Shown here: one piece after another, positions 18,029-27,316 of the stretch
How the letters are laid out: each line of letters begins with the position of its first letter
Numbering within the stretch: position 1 is the first letter of the stretch
Made by a program: the position numbers and the translations under genes
The notes under the pieces: generated by a model
Database searches by the model: none
Told to the model about the DNA's origin: nothing
What the model saw: only the letters and a program-made list of their open reading frames with translations
Origin: Syntrophomonadales bacterium
Lineage (GTDB): Bacteria; Bacillota; Syntrophomonadia; Syntrophomonadales; DTU052
Direction: 5' to 3'
NCBI GenBank assembly: GCA_050951725.1
Contig: JBMNJO010000001.1
Coordinates: 924,967-988,966, forward strand
DNA: 64,000 bases

Positions 18029-19360
18029 CTATAAGATCTCCCGGCGGATACGGGCAATGGTGTCCTGGTTTATCTCGGCGAAACAGGTGGGACATCTCCC
18101 GGCATTCTGCAGGAGGTCACCGTATTCGTCAGCAAGGGTTCGGGCCCGTAAATCGACCTTCTCCAGTTCCTGCTGGGCCTTCTTAACCCCCTCCTCAGCT
18201 TTATGCCAGTTGCCAATGATGTTCTGAAATAATCCCAGACGCGTTAAAAGCGTTAAGGAGTCCTGAATCGCTTGTTCCGCTCCGTCAAGATCTTCCAGTG
18301 ATGCAATTATGGCTGCATAATTCTTCATTTCCTCTGATTTCTGCTTTCGTTCTTTCTCCAGTCCTGCCAGTTCCTTGCGGGTGGCCTGTAACTCAAAGCC
18401 CTCCTGTCTCAGGGTCTTCATCTTATCCAGGTACTCCTCAGTCTTTTCCAGTCCCTGGGTAGAGTCGATAGTCAGGTCACAGATCTTCAGTTCTTCCAGG
18501 GTATGGTTTCGCTGTTGCTGCAGATTACGGATCTCCTCCAGTACGCGCATCAGCCTGGCTATCTCCGCCTGGTTTGTATAGGCCTCATCAAGATGATCGA
18601 GCTGCTCCAGGGCCTCCTTGATTTCTGTCATCTGCTGCCGGGTTTGTCTCAGGGTATTCCGTGCCTCTTCCAAGATCCTGACTTCCCGGTCCAGTTCCGA
18701 GAACCGCTTCAGCAACTGTTCCAGGCTTTCCAGCCGGGTCTCCTCCTCTTCCAGATTGGCATAGTTCTGAAGCTGCTGGTCCAGTAACTCGATATCACCC
18801 TCTAAACGGCTGATCTCGTGAAGTGCCTGGGAGGTATCCCTCAGAGTGTCGCGCTGGGCGGCGTCAATGATGTGCAGGTTGGCCATGCGGCCCAGGATCT
18901 TGGAACGGGTGGTACCTGACTCCTCGAGCAGGAAAGGGGCCTCCAACTGGCTGGCCAGGTTTATCTCCACCGCCCGGTCACGGTCGATGACCAGTTTGGA
19001 GATGTCCAGGGCCTTTCTTACCTCCAAGGGCACTTCCTTGTTGAACCGTTCAAAAACCAAGACCTCCTCGCCCGGGACCTCCAGGATATACCGGTTGACC
19101 CGGCTGCTCTCATCACGGATTCTCTCCACTGCCACCCCGTTGCTCAATTCCACCCGTACCTCGCACCGGGTCTCACCAACCCTGATAAAGCCGGTACCTC
19201 TAGGTTCATTATAAACCAACCAGCGCAGGGCGCGGACAATGGCAGACTTCCCCTGATCAGAGGGACCAACGATTATGTTAAGCCCCGGAGTGAACTCAAA
19301 GTCTGTTTCCCGGTGAGACTGGAAGTTCCTCAGTCGCAGTCTTTTTATGTAGGTCTTCAT
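18029..19360 (-). CDS. Rad50/SbcC-like ATPase, N-terminal piece (Walker A, coiled coil, zinc hook)
   Basis: 443 aa with Walker A GPSDQGKS, a Q-loop region QLEAPFLL, a long coiled coil, and a C-terminal hook GRCPTCFAEI. The ATGA start overlaps the mre11-like stop. Confidence 0.8.
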   Translation of the reverse strand: MKTYIKRLRLRNFQSHRETDFEFTPGLNIIVGPSDQGKSAIVRALRWLVYNEPRGTGFIRVGETRCEVRVELSNGVAVERIRDESSRVNRYILEVPGEEVLVFERFNKEVPLEVRKALDISKLVIDRDRAVEINLASQLEAPFLLEESGTTRSKILGRMANLHIIDAAQRDTLRDTSQALHEISRLEGDIELLDQQLQNYANLEEEETRLESLEQLLKRFSELDREVRILEEARNTLRQTRQQMTEIKEALEQLDHLDEAYTNQAEIARLMRVLEEIRNLQQQRNHTLEELKICDLTIDSTQGLEKTEEYLDKMKTLRQEGFELQATRKELAGLEKERKQKSEEMKNYAAIIASLEDLDGAEQAIQDSLTLLTRLGLFQNIIGNWHKAEEGVKKAQQELEKVDLRARTLADEYGDLLQNAGRCPTCFAEINQDTIARIRREIL

Positions 19361-20346
19361 CGCAAATCTCCCCGTCCCAGAAGTGATTCTTCCGCCTCAG
19401 CGATTCGTCTCAAGGCCTCCAGGCGGACCTCCTCACTAAGGTTCTCCGCCTTGGCCAGTTCGCTTATTATCTGACCGACATTCCAACGTCTCAGTTCTGT
19501 GGCTTCCTTTACCTCCCGGGTGAAACTCTCCATCGCCAGAACCCGGGTCTCCATCTCCTCCACCCGGGTGCGGTCCAGGACCTCCTCTCCTGGAGGTGCT
19601 GACTGCAGGGGGATCAAGCGGCAGTTCACCGCCCCACCTGTAAGGTCAATCAGTGCCACCTTCACTTTCCGCTCAATCTCCCGGTGATGGTTGCTGAGGC
19701 GGACCAAGGCCCCCGGGTTCACATAGTGACGGTCTCCCCGCTGAAGGGCGCCATAACCCAGGTGATAGTGCCCGGAAAGCACCAGGTCGGCACCAGAGTT
19801 CCCCAGATCATCGATCAGGGTATAATCACCCGGGAACTGCTGTCTATCAAGCAGCATCCCGTGAATCAGGTGTATGGTAAGATCGCTCTCTGTATCCTTC
19901 TCCACGCAGTAGTCCAGATGGCGGGGACGCCGGTCAATATCCAGATGATACGGCTGCCCAATGAGGCAGGCCCTGATCCCGCCAGCCTCCAGCCTCACAC
20001 TCTCAGAAGGTCCTAACAAGCGGAAAAATCCCATCCGAGCTGTGAAACCCAGCACGGTACGCGGCAGCGTCTGCAGATTGCCGCCAAAAATGTCGTGGTT
20101 TCCAGCAACCCCATAGAGAGGGACCCTGAGCTCCCGTATTATCTCCAGAAAATCAGCGGCCACAGACAGTGCCGGATTCGGAGTATCAAAAAAGTCTCCC
20201 CCATGCAGCACATAGTCAACCTGGTAGTCATTGGCCAGCCTGACTACTTCCGCCAGCTTTTCTTTCAAGGCAGACAGCAGATTGTCCTTCCGGTTGACCG
20301 GTGAATTCCCCCGGAAATGTGAATCCGTAAAAAACAAAATCCTCAT
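19357..20346 (-). CDS. Mre11/SbcD-like metallophosphoesterase nuclease
   Basis: About 329 aa. Phosphoesterase motifs DSH, GGDFFD, GNHD and GHYH, plus a helical C-terminus. Confidence 0.8.
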   Translation of the reverse strand: MRILFFTDSHFRGNSPVNRKDNLLSALKEKLAEVVRLANDYQVDYVLHGGDFFDTPNPALSVAADFLEIIRELRVPLYGVAGNHDIFGGNLQTLPRTVLGFTARMGFFRLLGPSESVRLEAGGIRACLIGQPYHLDIDRRPRHLDYCVEKDTESDLTIHLIHGMLLDRQQFPGDYTLIDDLGNSGADLVLSGHYHLGYGALQRGDRHYVNPGALVRLSNHHREIERKVKVALIDLTGGAVNCRLIPLQSAPPGEEVLDRTRVEEMETRVLAMESFTREVKEATELRRWNVGQIISELAKAENLSEEVRLEALRRIAEAEESLLGRGDLR

Positions 20347-20609
20347 CAAACTACACCCCTATACATATGGGACACGGGGACAGGTGCCCTGTCCCGCTTT
20401 TGCCCTACTAATTCGGGGACACCCTAATGAATCTCCATTTGGGGGACATCATACTAAATTTTCTATTACTTGAGGAAAGAGAATTTGGTATGGCGTCCCC
20501 CAAATAGACACCTCTATCAAGTAGAACGTAAACCTGGCTCCCCACTCCAGACAAACCGTCCTCCGTTATTGATTCTCACTACAACGCACGGCTTCCTCCC
20601 TCTTTACAT

Positions 20610-22463
20610 CTAATTCCGTGTAGGAAGGCGGTAGACCGTTACAAAGACGTTGTCTTCTTTTACCAGTTCCCCCTTCTGCACCATCTGCCCCAGCAGGCTG
20701 TTGATCTCCGCCCGGCTCATGGGCGTACCCCGCCGCTCCAGTTCCTGCAGGACATCGTTAATGTAGGTTTCATTGAGCGGCAGGTATTTCGTAAGTACCG
20801 ACCGGAACTCGCTGGCCCGGGAATCGGCCATCACTTCAAGCTCATCAAAGGGGTTGTCCTGGTGAGGACTGCGGGTTTTGGCGGCCCTGATTCTGACTGC
20901 CACGGTTCGCCCCACGATCGGTGATGAAATAAAGCCGTAACCGGAGGTAAGGTAGGGCAGACGCCGGATTTCTTCGCGACCCAGGTCAGTTTCTTCACTT
21001 ATAACCGACAGGTCCATGGATCTGACGGTGCGGAAGATAATCTTGGTATTGAGCTGGGCATTTATCGTATCATCTAGCAGGGCCGGCCGCTGACTGGCCA
21101 GAACCAGGAACACTCCGTATTTTCTGCCTTCCTGAGCGATTTCCCGGAACTCACGCAGTGAGGGAGAGGAATGATCACCTTTGGGCGCAAAGTTGTGAGC
21201 CTCATCAGTTACCACCAGGAATGGAGGAAAACTTGCGGCCGACTGCCCCTTCTGCAGGGCATCCCGGTATTCCCGCCGTTTACCATAGAGGTTTCGCAAT
21301 ACATATGAGGCATACACCCGCAACATCCTGATCGAGCCCCGGATCACGGTAACCTGCTGGTTTCGCAGTCCTTCCTCTATCCGGGTAATCCCGGCCTCGT
21401 GAAAGATACCTTCCCGTTTCAGGCTGTAGAGTCTCCAGCGGACTGCCCTCAGGCTGGCAGGTTGGCCCACCTGGTTCTGCAGGACCTTAAGCCGTTTCCA
21501 TTCCCGCTCCCGCTCCGGTCCACTCCCCCGGTTGAAGAACTCCTGCCGGTAGTCAGCCTCGTTATTCTCCAGCAGTCCGATCAGGTTGTCCAACCGTTCG
21601 GCAAAGGTGGTTAAACTGTCCTTTTTCAGGAGTACCGCCCGGGCGGCTGATTCCATGGCTTCACTGAGCGGGCTGACCGCTCCCAGCAGGTTGCACAGAT
21701 CACCCTCAGTAAGCATATCGAACCGTACCCCGATGTCCTGTCCCACAGTCAGGATCTGAAAACAGGAATCAAAAGACTCCTTAAAACCAGCAGGCAGGTC
21801 AGGCAGAAGCGGCTCAGAAAAACTCATCTCGTAGTGCGGGTCAAATACGATAACCGGCAGTCTCTTCTTCATGAATTCCTCAATCAGCACCCGGACCCCA
21901 AATGACTTGCCGGAACCGGACCCGCCAAAGATCCCGATGTGGGGATAGTCCTGCATGCTGCGGTAATCCAGCAGGAAAGGTACCCCCTGCTGCTCCACCA
22001 TCTTTCCCTCCTGAAACAGAGGGGCCAGGTGGCGTAAATAATCCGGTAGCGTCGGGTCCAGGGTCTCCGTACCCAGTATGACCCCCAGGGCCATAGACCG
22101 TTCCGGTTCCGCCTGCAGCAGAAGGTCCGCCACCTCCGTAAAATCAGGGACCCGGGCGCAAGACCCGGTTTTGACAGGATAGAAGAGCTCGCTGATGACC
22201 CTGATTTTACCCAGGTAAACTGTATCCCGCTCCAGTTCGTATCCAACCGCCTGCAATGCCGACACGATCTCGTGCCCCATCAGATACGGGGAACCCTCAT
22301 CAACCAGCGGCACCAGGGGATTAAGGGAGTAGGTCTCCACCACCTCGCCTACCGCGGTTTCCGGAGTATGCCCCTCCATGACCAGGAGCTCATTCAGCCG
22401 GAAAGGCCGGTCCTTACTGGCCACCCAGACATCTCGTTCATTGGTCCTCCCCACGACCTGCAC
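20610..22463 (-). CDS. HerA-like (FtsK/HerA superfamily, DUF87) ATPase
   Basis: 617 aa with Walker A GGSGSGKS, Walker B VVTDEAHNF, the LASQRP motif, and a winged-helix-like C-terminus. Confidence 0.8.
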   Translation of the reverse strand: MQVVGRTNERDVWVASKDRPFRLNELLVMEGHTPETAVGEVVETYSLNPLVPLVDEGSPYLMGHEIVSALQAVGYELERDTVYLGKIRVISELFYPVKTGSCARVPDFTEVADLLLQAEPERSMALGVILGTETLDPTLPDYLRHLAPLFQEGKMVEQQGVPFLLDYRSMQDYPHIGIFGGSGSGKSFGVRVLIEEFMKKRLPVIVFDPHYEMSFSEPLLPDLPAGFKESFDSCFQILTVGQDIGVRFDMLTEGDLCNLLGAVSPLSEAMESAARAVLLKKDSLTTFAERLDNLIGLLENNEADYRQEFFNRGSGPEREREWKRLKVLQNQVGQPASLRAVRWRLYSLKREGIFHEAGITRIEEGLRNQQVTVIRGSIRMLRVYASYVLRNLYGKRREYRDALQKGQSAASFPPFLVVTDEAHNFAPKGDHSSPSLREFREIAQEGRKYGVFLVLASQRPALLDDTINAQLNTKIIFRTVRSMDLSVISEETDLGREEIRRLPYLTSGYGFISSPIVGRTVAVRIRAAKTRSPHQDNPFDELEVMADSRASEFRSVLTKYLPLNETYINDVLQELERRGTPMSRAEINSLLGQMVQKGELVKEDNVFVTVYRLPTRN

Positions 22464-22481
22464 TGAATAACACTCTCCCCT

Positions 22482-23462
22482 CTACAGCCCGCGTCGCTCG
22501 CGGTTGGCAGTAAAAAACCTCTCCCTCACCAGAGGATCCAGACCGTTCATTATCACCGTTTCCATGGATTTACGGGTCAGCCTGACCTCCCGGTCGACCA
22601 GATCAAGCCACGCTGGAATGCCCCTACCCTGGGAAGGGGTTAACGAATAGATTAGATTCATAGCTGGCAGCAGGAACTCCCCCTGCTCCGCCAGGAAGTC
22701 ACAGGCAACTGCCTGGGGTGTGCTGCCCATACGGGCAAACACTGTGGTATAATTCCGCTTGATCGCGCTCTCCCCACCCAGAGCCACCATTTCACCCACC
22801 TCAAGGAGCCCGAACAGGAATTCACGATCATATATACGCAGACCCGGCACCTCCAGCCCGGTCAGTGAACAGAGCTCAGCAGTGGCGACCTCTTCGATCA
22901 CCCCGACCAGTATACAGTTGTGAGTTCGAGCCTCACTGACCAGTAACTCCCATTCGGGAAAGCGGTCAAACAACAAAAAGCCCCCATCAAGCATGATCAT
23001 GAAGGGCTTAAATGTTTGCAGGGCGTTCAAGGCCAGTCTTATTTCCATGTGAGCCATCTTCTCGCCCATCAGGCGGCGGTATGCCTCACTATCCTCCAGC
23101 CGGTTCTTGACGGCGAACTCACTTACTTCCGTGCTCAGTTCAGGATCAAAAGGGCAATAAATCTCGGAACCACTCAACTGGTTAGGTTCACCCTTGATAC
23201 TTCCCTTGGCCAAGGCCTGAACCAGGCAGACGGTATAAGGATAAAGGCCTCCGTAATCAGCCCGTGAGCCATCGACGGCTATCAAGGTCCGTCCCCCGGT
23301 CAACTCTACAATTTCCCAACGGTTAAGCCGCTGCAGAAAGCCGAAATCTGCAAGCATACGCAGTCTCTGGCGCCGGGTTTCCAGGGAAGGACAGAGGGAA
23401 TCACGATGGAGGAAATATTCGTTCAGGCGTCGGGTGGCGGCGAGAACCTCGTGGTTTAGCAT
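22482..23462 (-). CDS. NurA-like nuclease
   Basis: About 326 aa with acidic motifs IAVDGS, IMLDGGF and GVIEEV. It lies directly upstream of herA with an 18-nt gap. Confidence 0.7.
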   Translation of the reverse strand: MLNHEVLAATRRLNEYFLHRDSLCPSLETRRQRLRMLADFGFLQRLNRWEIVELTGGRTLIAVDGSRADYGGLYPYTVCLVQALAKGSIKGEPNQLSGSEIYCPFDPELSTEVSEFAVKNRLEDSEAYRRLMGEKMAHMEIRLALNALQTFKPFMIMLDGGFLLFDRFPEWELLVSEARTHNCILVGVIEEVATAELCSLTGLEVPGLRIYDREFLFGLLEVGEMVALGGESAIKRNYTTVFARMGSTPQAVACDFLAEQGEFLLPAMNLIYSLTPSQGRGIPAWLDLVDREVRLTRKSMETVIMNGLDPLVRERFFTANRERRGL

Positions 23463-23584
23463 TTTCAACCTCGCCCGGATTTTTCCTTATTATATATTAA
23501 CCTCCGACCCCGTTCAATTACCTGCTAAACACCCAGGGACGTTAAGTCATCATGAGATGAAGCTGTTCAGCTTGCAGGGAAACT

Positions 23585-23810
23585 TAAGCATGATTCCCCG
23601 CGAAAACCCAGGAGGCGGTTGGCGTAGCATGGTAGCAACGGTGAAGGCTCACGGCGAAAGGGGGCGAGCCCCATGGACGGGGCGAGAGGGCCACTGAACA
23701 CGGACATGAATTGGCCCGGTGCCCCATTCGTCGTGAGACAAGCAGTTGGTGTTGCCCATGTGAAGTCTGGCGACGAATATTTATGCATCCAAACTCCGAA
23801 TCGCAACTTT
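23585..23810 (-). repeat. structured intergenic repeat, copy E2 (strand tentative)
   Basis: Shares the GTTTGGATGCATAAATATTCGTCGCCAGACTTC terminus and internal blocks with the other copies. It is bracketed by a perfect 13-nt direct repeat, TTGCAGGGAAACT, at 23572-23584 and 23811-23823. Confidence 0.6.
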
Positions 23811-23910
23811 TTGCAGGGAAACTATTAACTCGTTTGCAAACGCAGGAGCCAAGCTCATTCGATTGCTGGACGAGCCGGATGAACGGATGGTGTCCAAAAA
23901 GGAAGGACGG

Positions 23911-24369
23911 CTACTTGAGCATTATTCTGGTACCAACCGCTAACAAGGCGACCCCCAACAGGTCGATCCAACGAAACGGGACTTTTTCCATCCCCATGAT
24001 CCCAAAACGATCGATCATAACCGCCGTCAGAATCTGGGCGAAGATGATGCCCGTCGTAGCATTACCCACCCCTATCTGCGGCATGCTTTTGACCACCCCG
24101 AAGATGATGATTACGTTCAGCAACCCGCCCAGGTAGACATACCACGGCGCCTCGCTGCCCTTGGCCAGCCCGCCAAAACCCGTTCCCGTTACCAGAATTA
24201 CACCCACAACCGTAATCAGCCCAATTATGTGCACCACCAGCGTGGACTCCCATAAACCGATCACCTTGCCCAGCACACTGTTCATGGTTCCCTGGACTGC
24301 CATGGCAGCCCCTGCCACCATCGCAATAATCAGATAGGTCCAATTCAATGAAGTCACCTCTTCAGACAA
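23911..24369 (-). CDS. DMT-superfamily membrane protein (DUF606/YdcZ-like)
   Basis: 152 aa with five hydrophobic helices and a YdcZ-like sequence pattern. Confidence 0.6.
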   Translation of the reverse strand: MSEEVTSLNWTYLIIAMVAGAAMAVQGTMNSVLGKVIGLWESTLVVHIIGLITVVGVILVTGTGFGGLAKGSEAPWYVYLGGLLNVIIIFGVVKSMPQIGVGNATTGIIFAQILTAVMIDRFGIMGMEKVPFRWIDLLGVALLAVGTRIMLK

Positions 24370-24526
24370 TATAGATTAGTGTGTCATGGCGGTATAGCGT
24401 TTATTCGTACCTTTTCCCTGGAACGGATTTGGACTCCTTCGCAGAAATGTTGAAGGCTCTGCCGTAACTAACGTGCAGAGCCGAGTTGGAACCAAATTCT
24501 GTGGCGATGGTCTGGAAAGCGAAGTC

Positions 24527-25303
24527 CTATCTCATCTTCACTGCATCAATTACCCTTTTGAAGGCCTCGGAAATCAAAGTGGAATCCATCCCAATCGGGA
24601 TATACTTAAAGCCCTCACGAGCTCTCTTTCTGGCTTCGTCTGCCGTATTGCAGTAAATTCCTGGTATCTTGCCATACTGCTCACAGACCTTGACTACCCT
24701 GTTGGCGGCTTCCTGAATCTGCGGACTCCCCACCTGACCTGGTATCCCCATCGATTGGGAGAGATCAAATGGTCCCAGGAAAATTACATCCACTCCCGGA
24801 ACCGCCGCAATCTCTTCCAGGTTTCTCAGCCCGATTACATTCTCACAGTGGACCACTACCATTGTCTCCTCGTTTTCGCGCCTGAAGTAATCGAATATCG
24901 GGACCAGACCGTAATCAGCGGAACGCGGGAAGGCCACACCACGCATCCCTTGCGGGTGATACTTGGCTCGCTGTACCGCCAGTTGTGCCGAGGCAGCATC
25001 ATTAATCTGGGGTACCTGGACCCCGTGAGCACCCACGTCCAGGCTGCGCAGGATTATAGTCTCTGAGTTTTCGGTAACCCGGGTTATCGGCGTCATTCCC
25101 GTTATCTGTGCAGCCCGGATCAGGTTCACCGTGGTTTCGGGGGACATATAACCATGCTCAATATCAAGAATAACGAAATCGAATCCTGCCAACCCGCAGA
25201 TCTCGACGATATCGGGGGAGTTGTTGCAGATTAGAGTGCCAAAACACGGTCTTCCTTCATAGAGTTCTTTCTTCAGCCGATTATTGAACATATTGAGATT
25301 CAC
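24527..25303 (-). CDS. HpcH/HpaI-family aldolase
   Basis: 258 aa TIM-barrel aldolase pattern (DFVILDIEHG, GAHGVQVPQI, FLGPFDLS). Confidence 0.75.
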   Translation of the reverse strand: MNLNMFNNRLKKELYEGRPCFGTLICNNSPDIVEICGLAGFDFVILDIEHGYMSPETTVNLIRAAQITGMTPITRVTENSETIILRSLDVGAHGVQVPQINDAASAQLAVQRAKYHPQGMRGVAFPRSADYGLVPIFDYFRRENEETMVVVHCENVIGLRNLEEIAAVPGVDVIFLGPFDLSQSMGIPGQVGSPQIQEAANRVVKVCEQYGKIPGIYCNTADEARKRAREGFKYIPIGMDSTLISEAFKRVIDAVKMR

Positions 25304-25449
25304 TGGTTTCTCACTGGTGTTGAGTGGAGAACCTTATGCCGCCTCTGTCACCAATGGAAACGCAGTTGTACACCTTCCTTTTAGCACTATGTATTGTTAT
25401 AGTTTAATCCTACCGTAGGTTAAATACAATGGACTGTAGTCAAGCAGGT

Positions 25450-26163
25450 TTAGAGAAAGGTTGCCACCAGGATGACCGCTATTCCCAACAAGCCCCCTAT
25501 GTACCGCCAGCGTGAGTTGGTTCGCTGCGCTTCCGGCCATAACTGGCGGAGCACCAGGTATACCATAACCCCGCTGGCCAGGCCCATGAAAAACCCAAAA
25601 TAGTGCGGCAGGACTGAAACCGCCAACTTTCCTAACAGGAACCCAATAGGGGTTACCACCCCGACTGCCAGGATCTCCAGTCCCACCTTCATCTTGGCTC
25701 TGCCACCCATCAAGAGTGGTGCAGCTATGGCCATTCCCTCAGGGATATTATGGATACCAATCCCCAAAGCAATCGCCGCAGCAGTTCGGGTGCTGACCTC
25801 GTAGCCAAGAGAAATGGCCATACCCTCGGGGAGATCGTGGAGTGCAATTCCCAGCATGATCAGATAACCGATGCGGACCATACGGTGGCCATTTCCAGTA
25901 CCCCGGGAGTTGGTAATCATACTGATCAGGGCGATTAAGGCTGCTCCAGCGAAAGCCCCAAAAATAAATCCTCCCCTACCGCCGCTGACCAGAACCGAGG
26001 GAATTAGGTCAAATACAACCACTGCAACCATAACCCCGGCGGCAAGACCCAGGAAAAATGACAGTTCTTTCCGCTCTATCCTCGAACGAAGAAAGACCAA
26101 AACCGCCCCCAGGAAGGTGCAGACCCCTGCTGCCACGCTGTAGCTGAAACCGCTCAGTACCAT
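25450..26163 (-). CDS. ZIP-family metal (zinc) transporter
   Basis: 237 aa, polytopic, with duplicated HDLPEGMA / HNIPEGMA motifs. Confidence 0.8.
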   Translation of the reverse strand: MVLSGFSYSVAAGVCTFLGAVLVFLRSRIERKELSFFLGLAAGVMVAVVVFDLIPSVLVSGGRGGFIFGAFAGAALIALISMITNSRGTGNGHRMVRIGYLIMLGIALHDLPEGMAISLGYEVSTRTAAAIALGIGIHNIPEGMAIAAPLLMGGRAKMKVGLEILAVGVVTPIGFLLGKLAVSVLPHYFGFFMGLASGVMVYLVLRQLWPEAQRTNSRWRYIGGLLGIAVILVATFL

Positions 26164-26306
26164 AAAAATAACCCGCCTTGTTTTTTTAAAACTTATGGCG
26201 GGTTGTGCTATCTGATGTTAAAAATCGCACCGGGTTTCCGGCGCAGATCAGCAGACATATAGCAGGCTGTTATAATCCAGGCCGGCTTTGGAGCCGGAAA
26301 CATTAA

Positions 26307-27068
26307 TCAGGACAGCCCCACAAACTCGGCAATTATCCGGCTGAGCTCGTCCGGGGTCTCTATCATGGTCATATGCCCGGCCTTTTCTATGGTCGCCAGT
26401 TGCGAACCCTTGATGCTGTCGTGCAGGAAATTGGCCAGTTTCACCGGAGTCATTTTGTCATCCAAGCCCACAACAATTAAGGTGGGCAGGTTTATCTCGT
26501 CCATTCTCTGGGTAACGTCGAACACACTGCACGCCAGGAAGTCCTGGTAGAAGGTGTACACTGGAACCTCAGCCTGACTCGCCATGAACTCCTCAATCAT
26601 CGCCGGATCGCACTGAGGAGAGAAGGACAGCCTGACAAAGGCCGGGTCCTGACGGCCTTCTGCCAACGCCTCCAGTAATGCAGGTGCGACTCTCATCCGG
26701 GCTCCAGCGCCAACAAGCACCATCCCGTCGATTACTCCGCTGGTGTCCAGGGCCACGGTAAGCGTGATGGCTCCACCCATCGATTGGCCCACCAGGTACA
26801 ATGGCCGGGGAGCATCAATAACCCGGATGAACTCCGCCACCGCCCGGGCATATTCCCCCACATCACTAACCGGCTGGCCTCCTGACTGGCCATGTCCGGG
26901 CAGGTCAACCGCATATCCGGCAAACCCGTCTGGCAGGTTTTCCATCTGACGGACCCAGAGGCTGTGATCGGCTCCCGCACCGTGGACAAAAACCAGGCTG
27001 CCCCTGGCTTCCGGCGGCCGGTTAACCGCATAAAACATATCTTCTCCCCGGACCTTGATCTTCGGCAT
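26307..27068 (-). CDS. alpha/beta hydrolase
   Basis: 253 aa with an HG oxyanion region (FVHGAG), nucleophile elbow GQSMGG, and C-terminal AGHM. Confidence 0.8.
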   Translation of the reverse strand: MPKIKVRGEDMFYAVNRPPEARGSLVFVHGAGADHSLWVRQMENLPDGFAGYAVDLPGHGQSGGQPVSDVGEYARAVAEFIRVIDAPRPLYLVGQSMGGAITLTVALDTSGVIDGMVLVGAGARMRVAPALLEALAEGRQDPAFVRLSFSPQCDPAMIEEFMASQAEVPVYTFYQDFLACSVFDVTQRMDEINLPTLIVVGLDDKMTPVKLANFLHDSIKGSQLATIEKAGHMTMIETPDELSRIIAEFVGLS

Positions 27069-27100
27069 TTGAACTCCCCTCCTTGTTAATCTGGATGTTC

Positions 27101-27316
27101 CTAAAGTTCGCCGGTGACTTCGTAACCGGCCTCCTCAATGCTTTTCTTCATGGCCGGCAGATTGACCTGGGCCTCATCATATTCGACGGTGACTGTGCCC
27201 TGGCTCAGATTCACCTCAGCCCGATTTACACCTTTCAAGGCCAGCAGCGAATCCTCAACCGCCCGCTGACAGTGATTACAGCTCATACCGGTAACTTTCA
27301 ATTGTTTTACACTCAT
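27101..27316 (-). CDS. copZ: heavy-metal-associated (CopZ-like) metallochaperone
   Basis: 71 aa with the GMSCNHC metal-binding motif. Confidence 0.85.
   Translation of the reverse strand: MSVKQLKVTGMSCNHCQRAVEDSLLALKGVNRAEVNLSQGTVTVEYDEAQVNLPAMKKSIEEAGYEVTGEL

Noticed and set aside
23690-23696. GCCACTG inside copy E2, which recalls the cobalamin-riboswitch B12 box
   Set aside because: The rest of the AdoCbl core (GGGAA...GGTG..AATCC...CCCGC.ACTG) is absent. No gene lies downstream on that strand. The same position is not conserved in the other copies.
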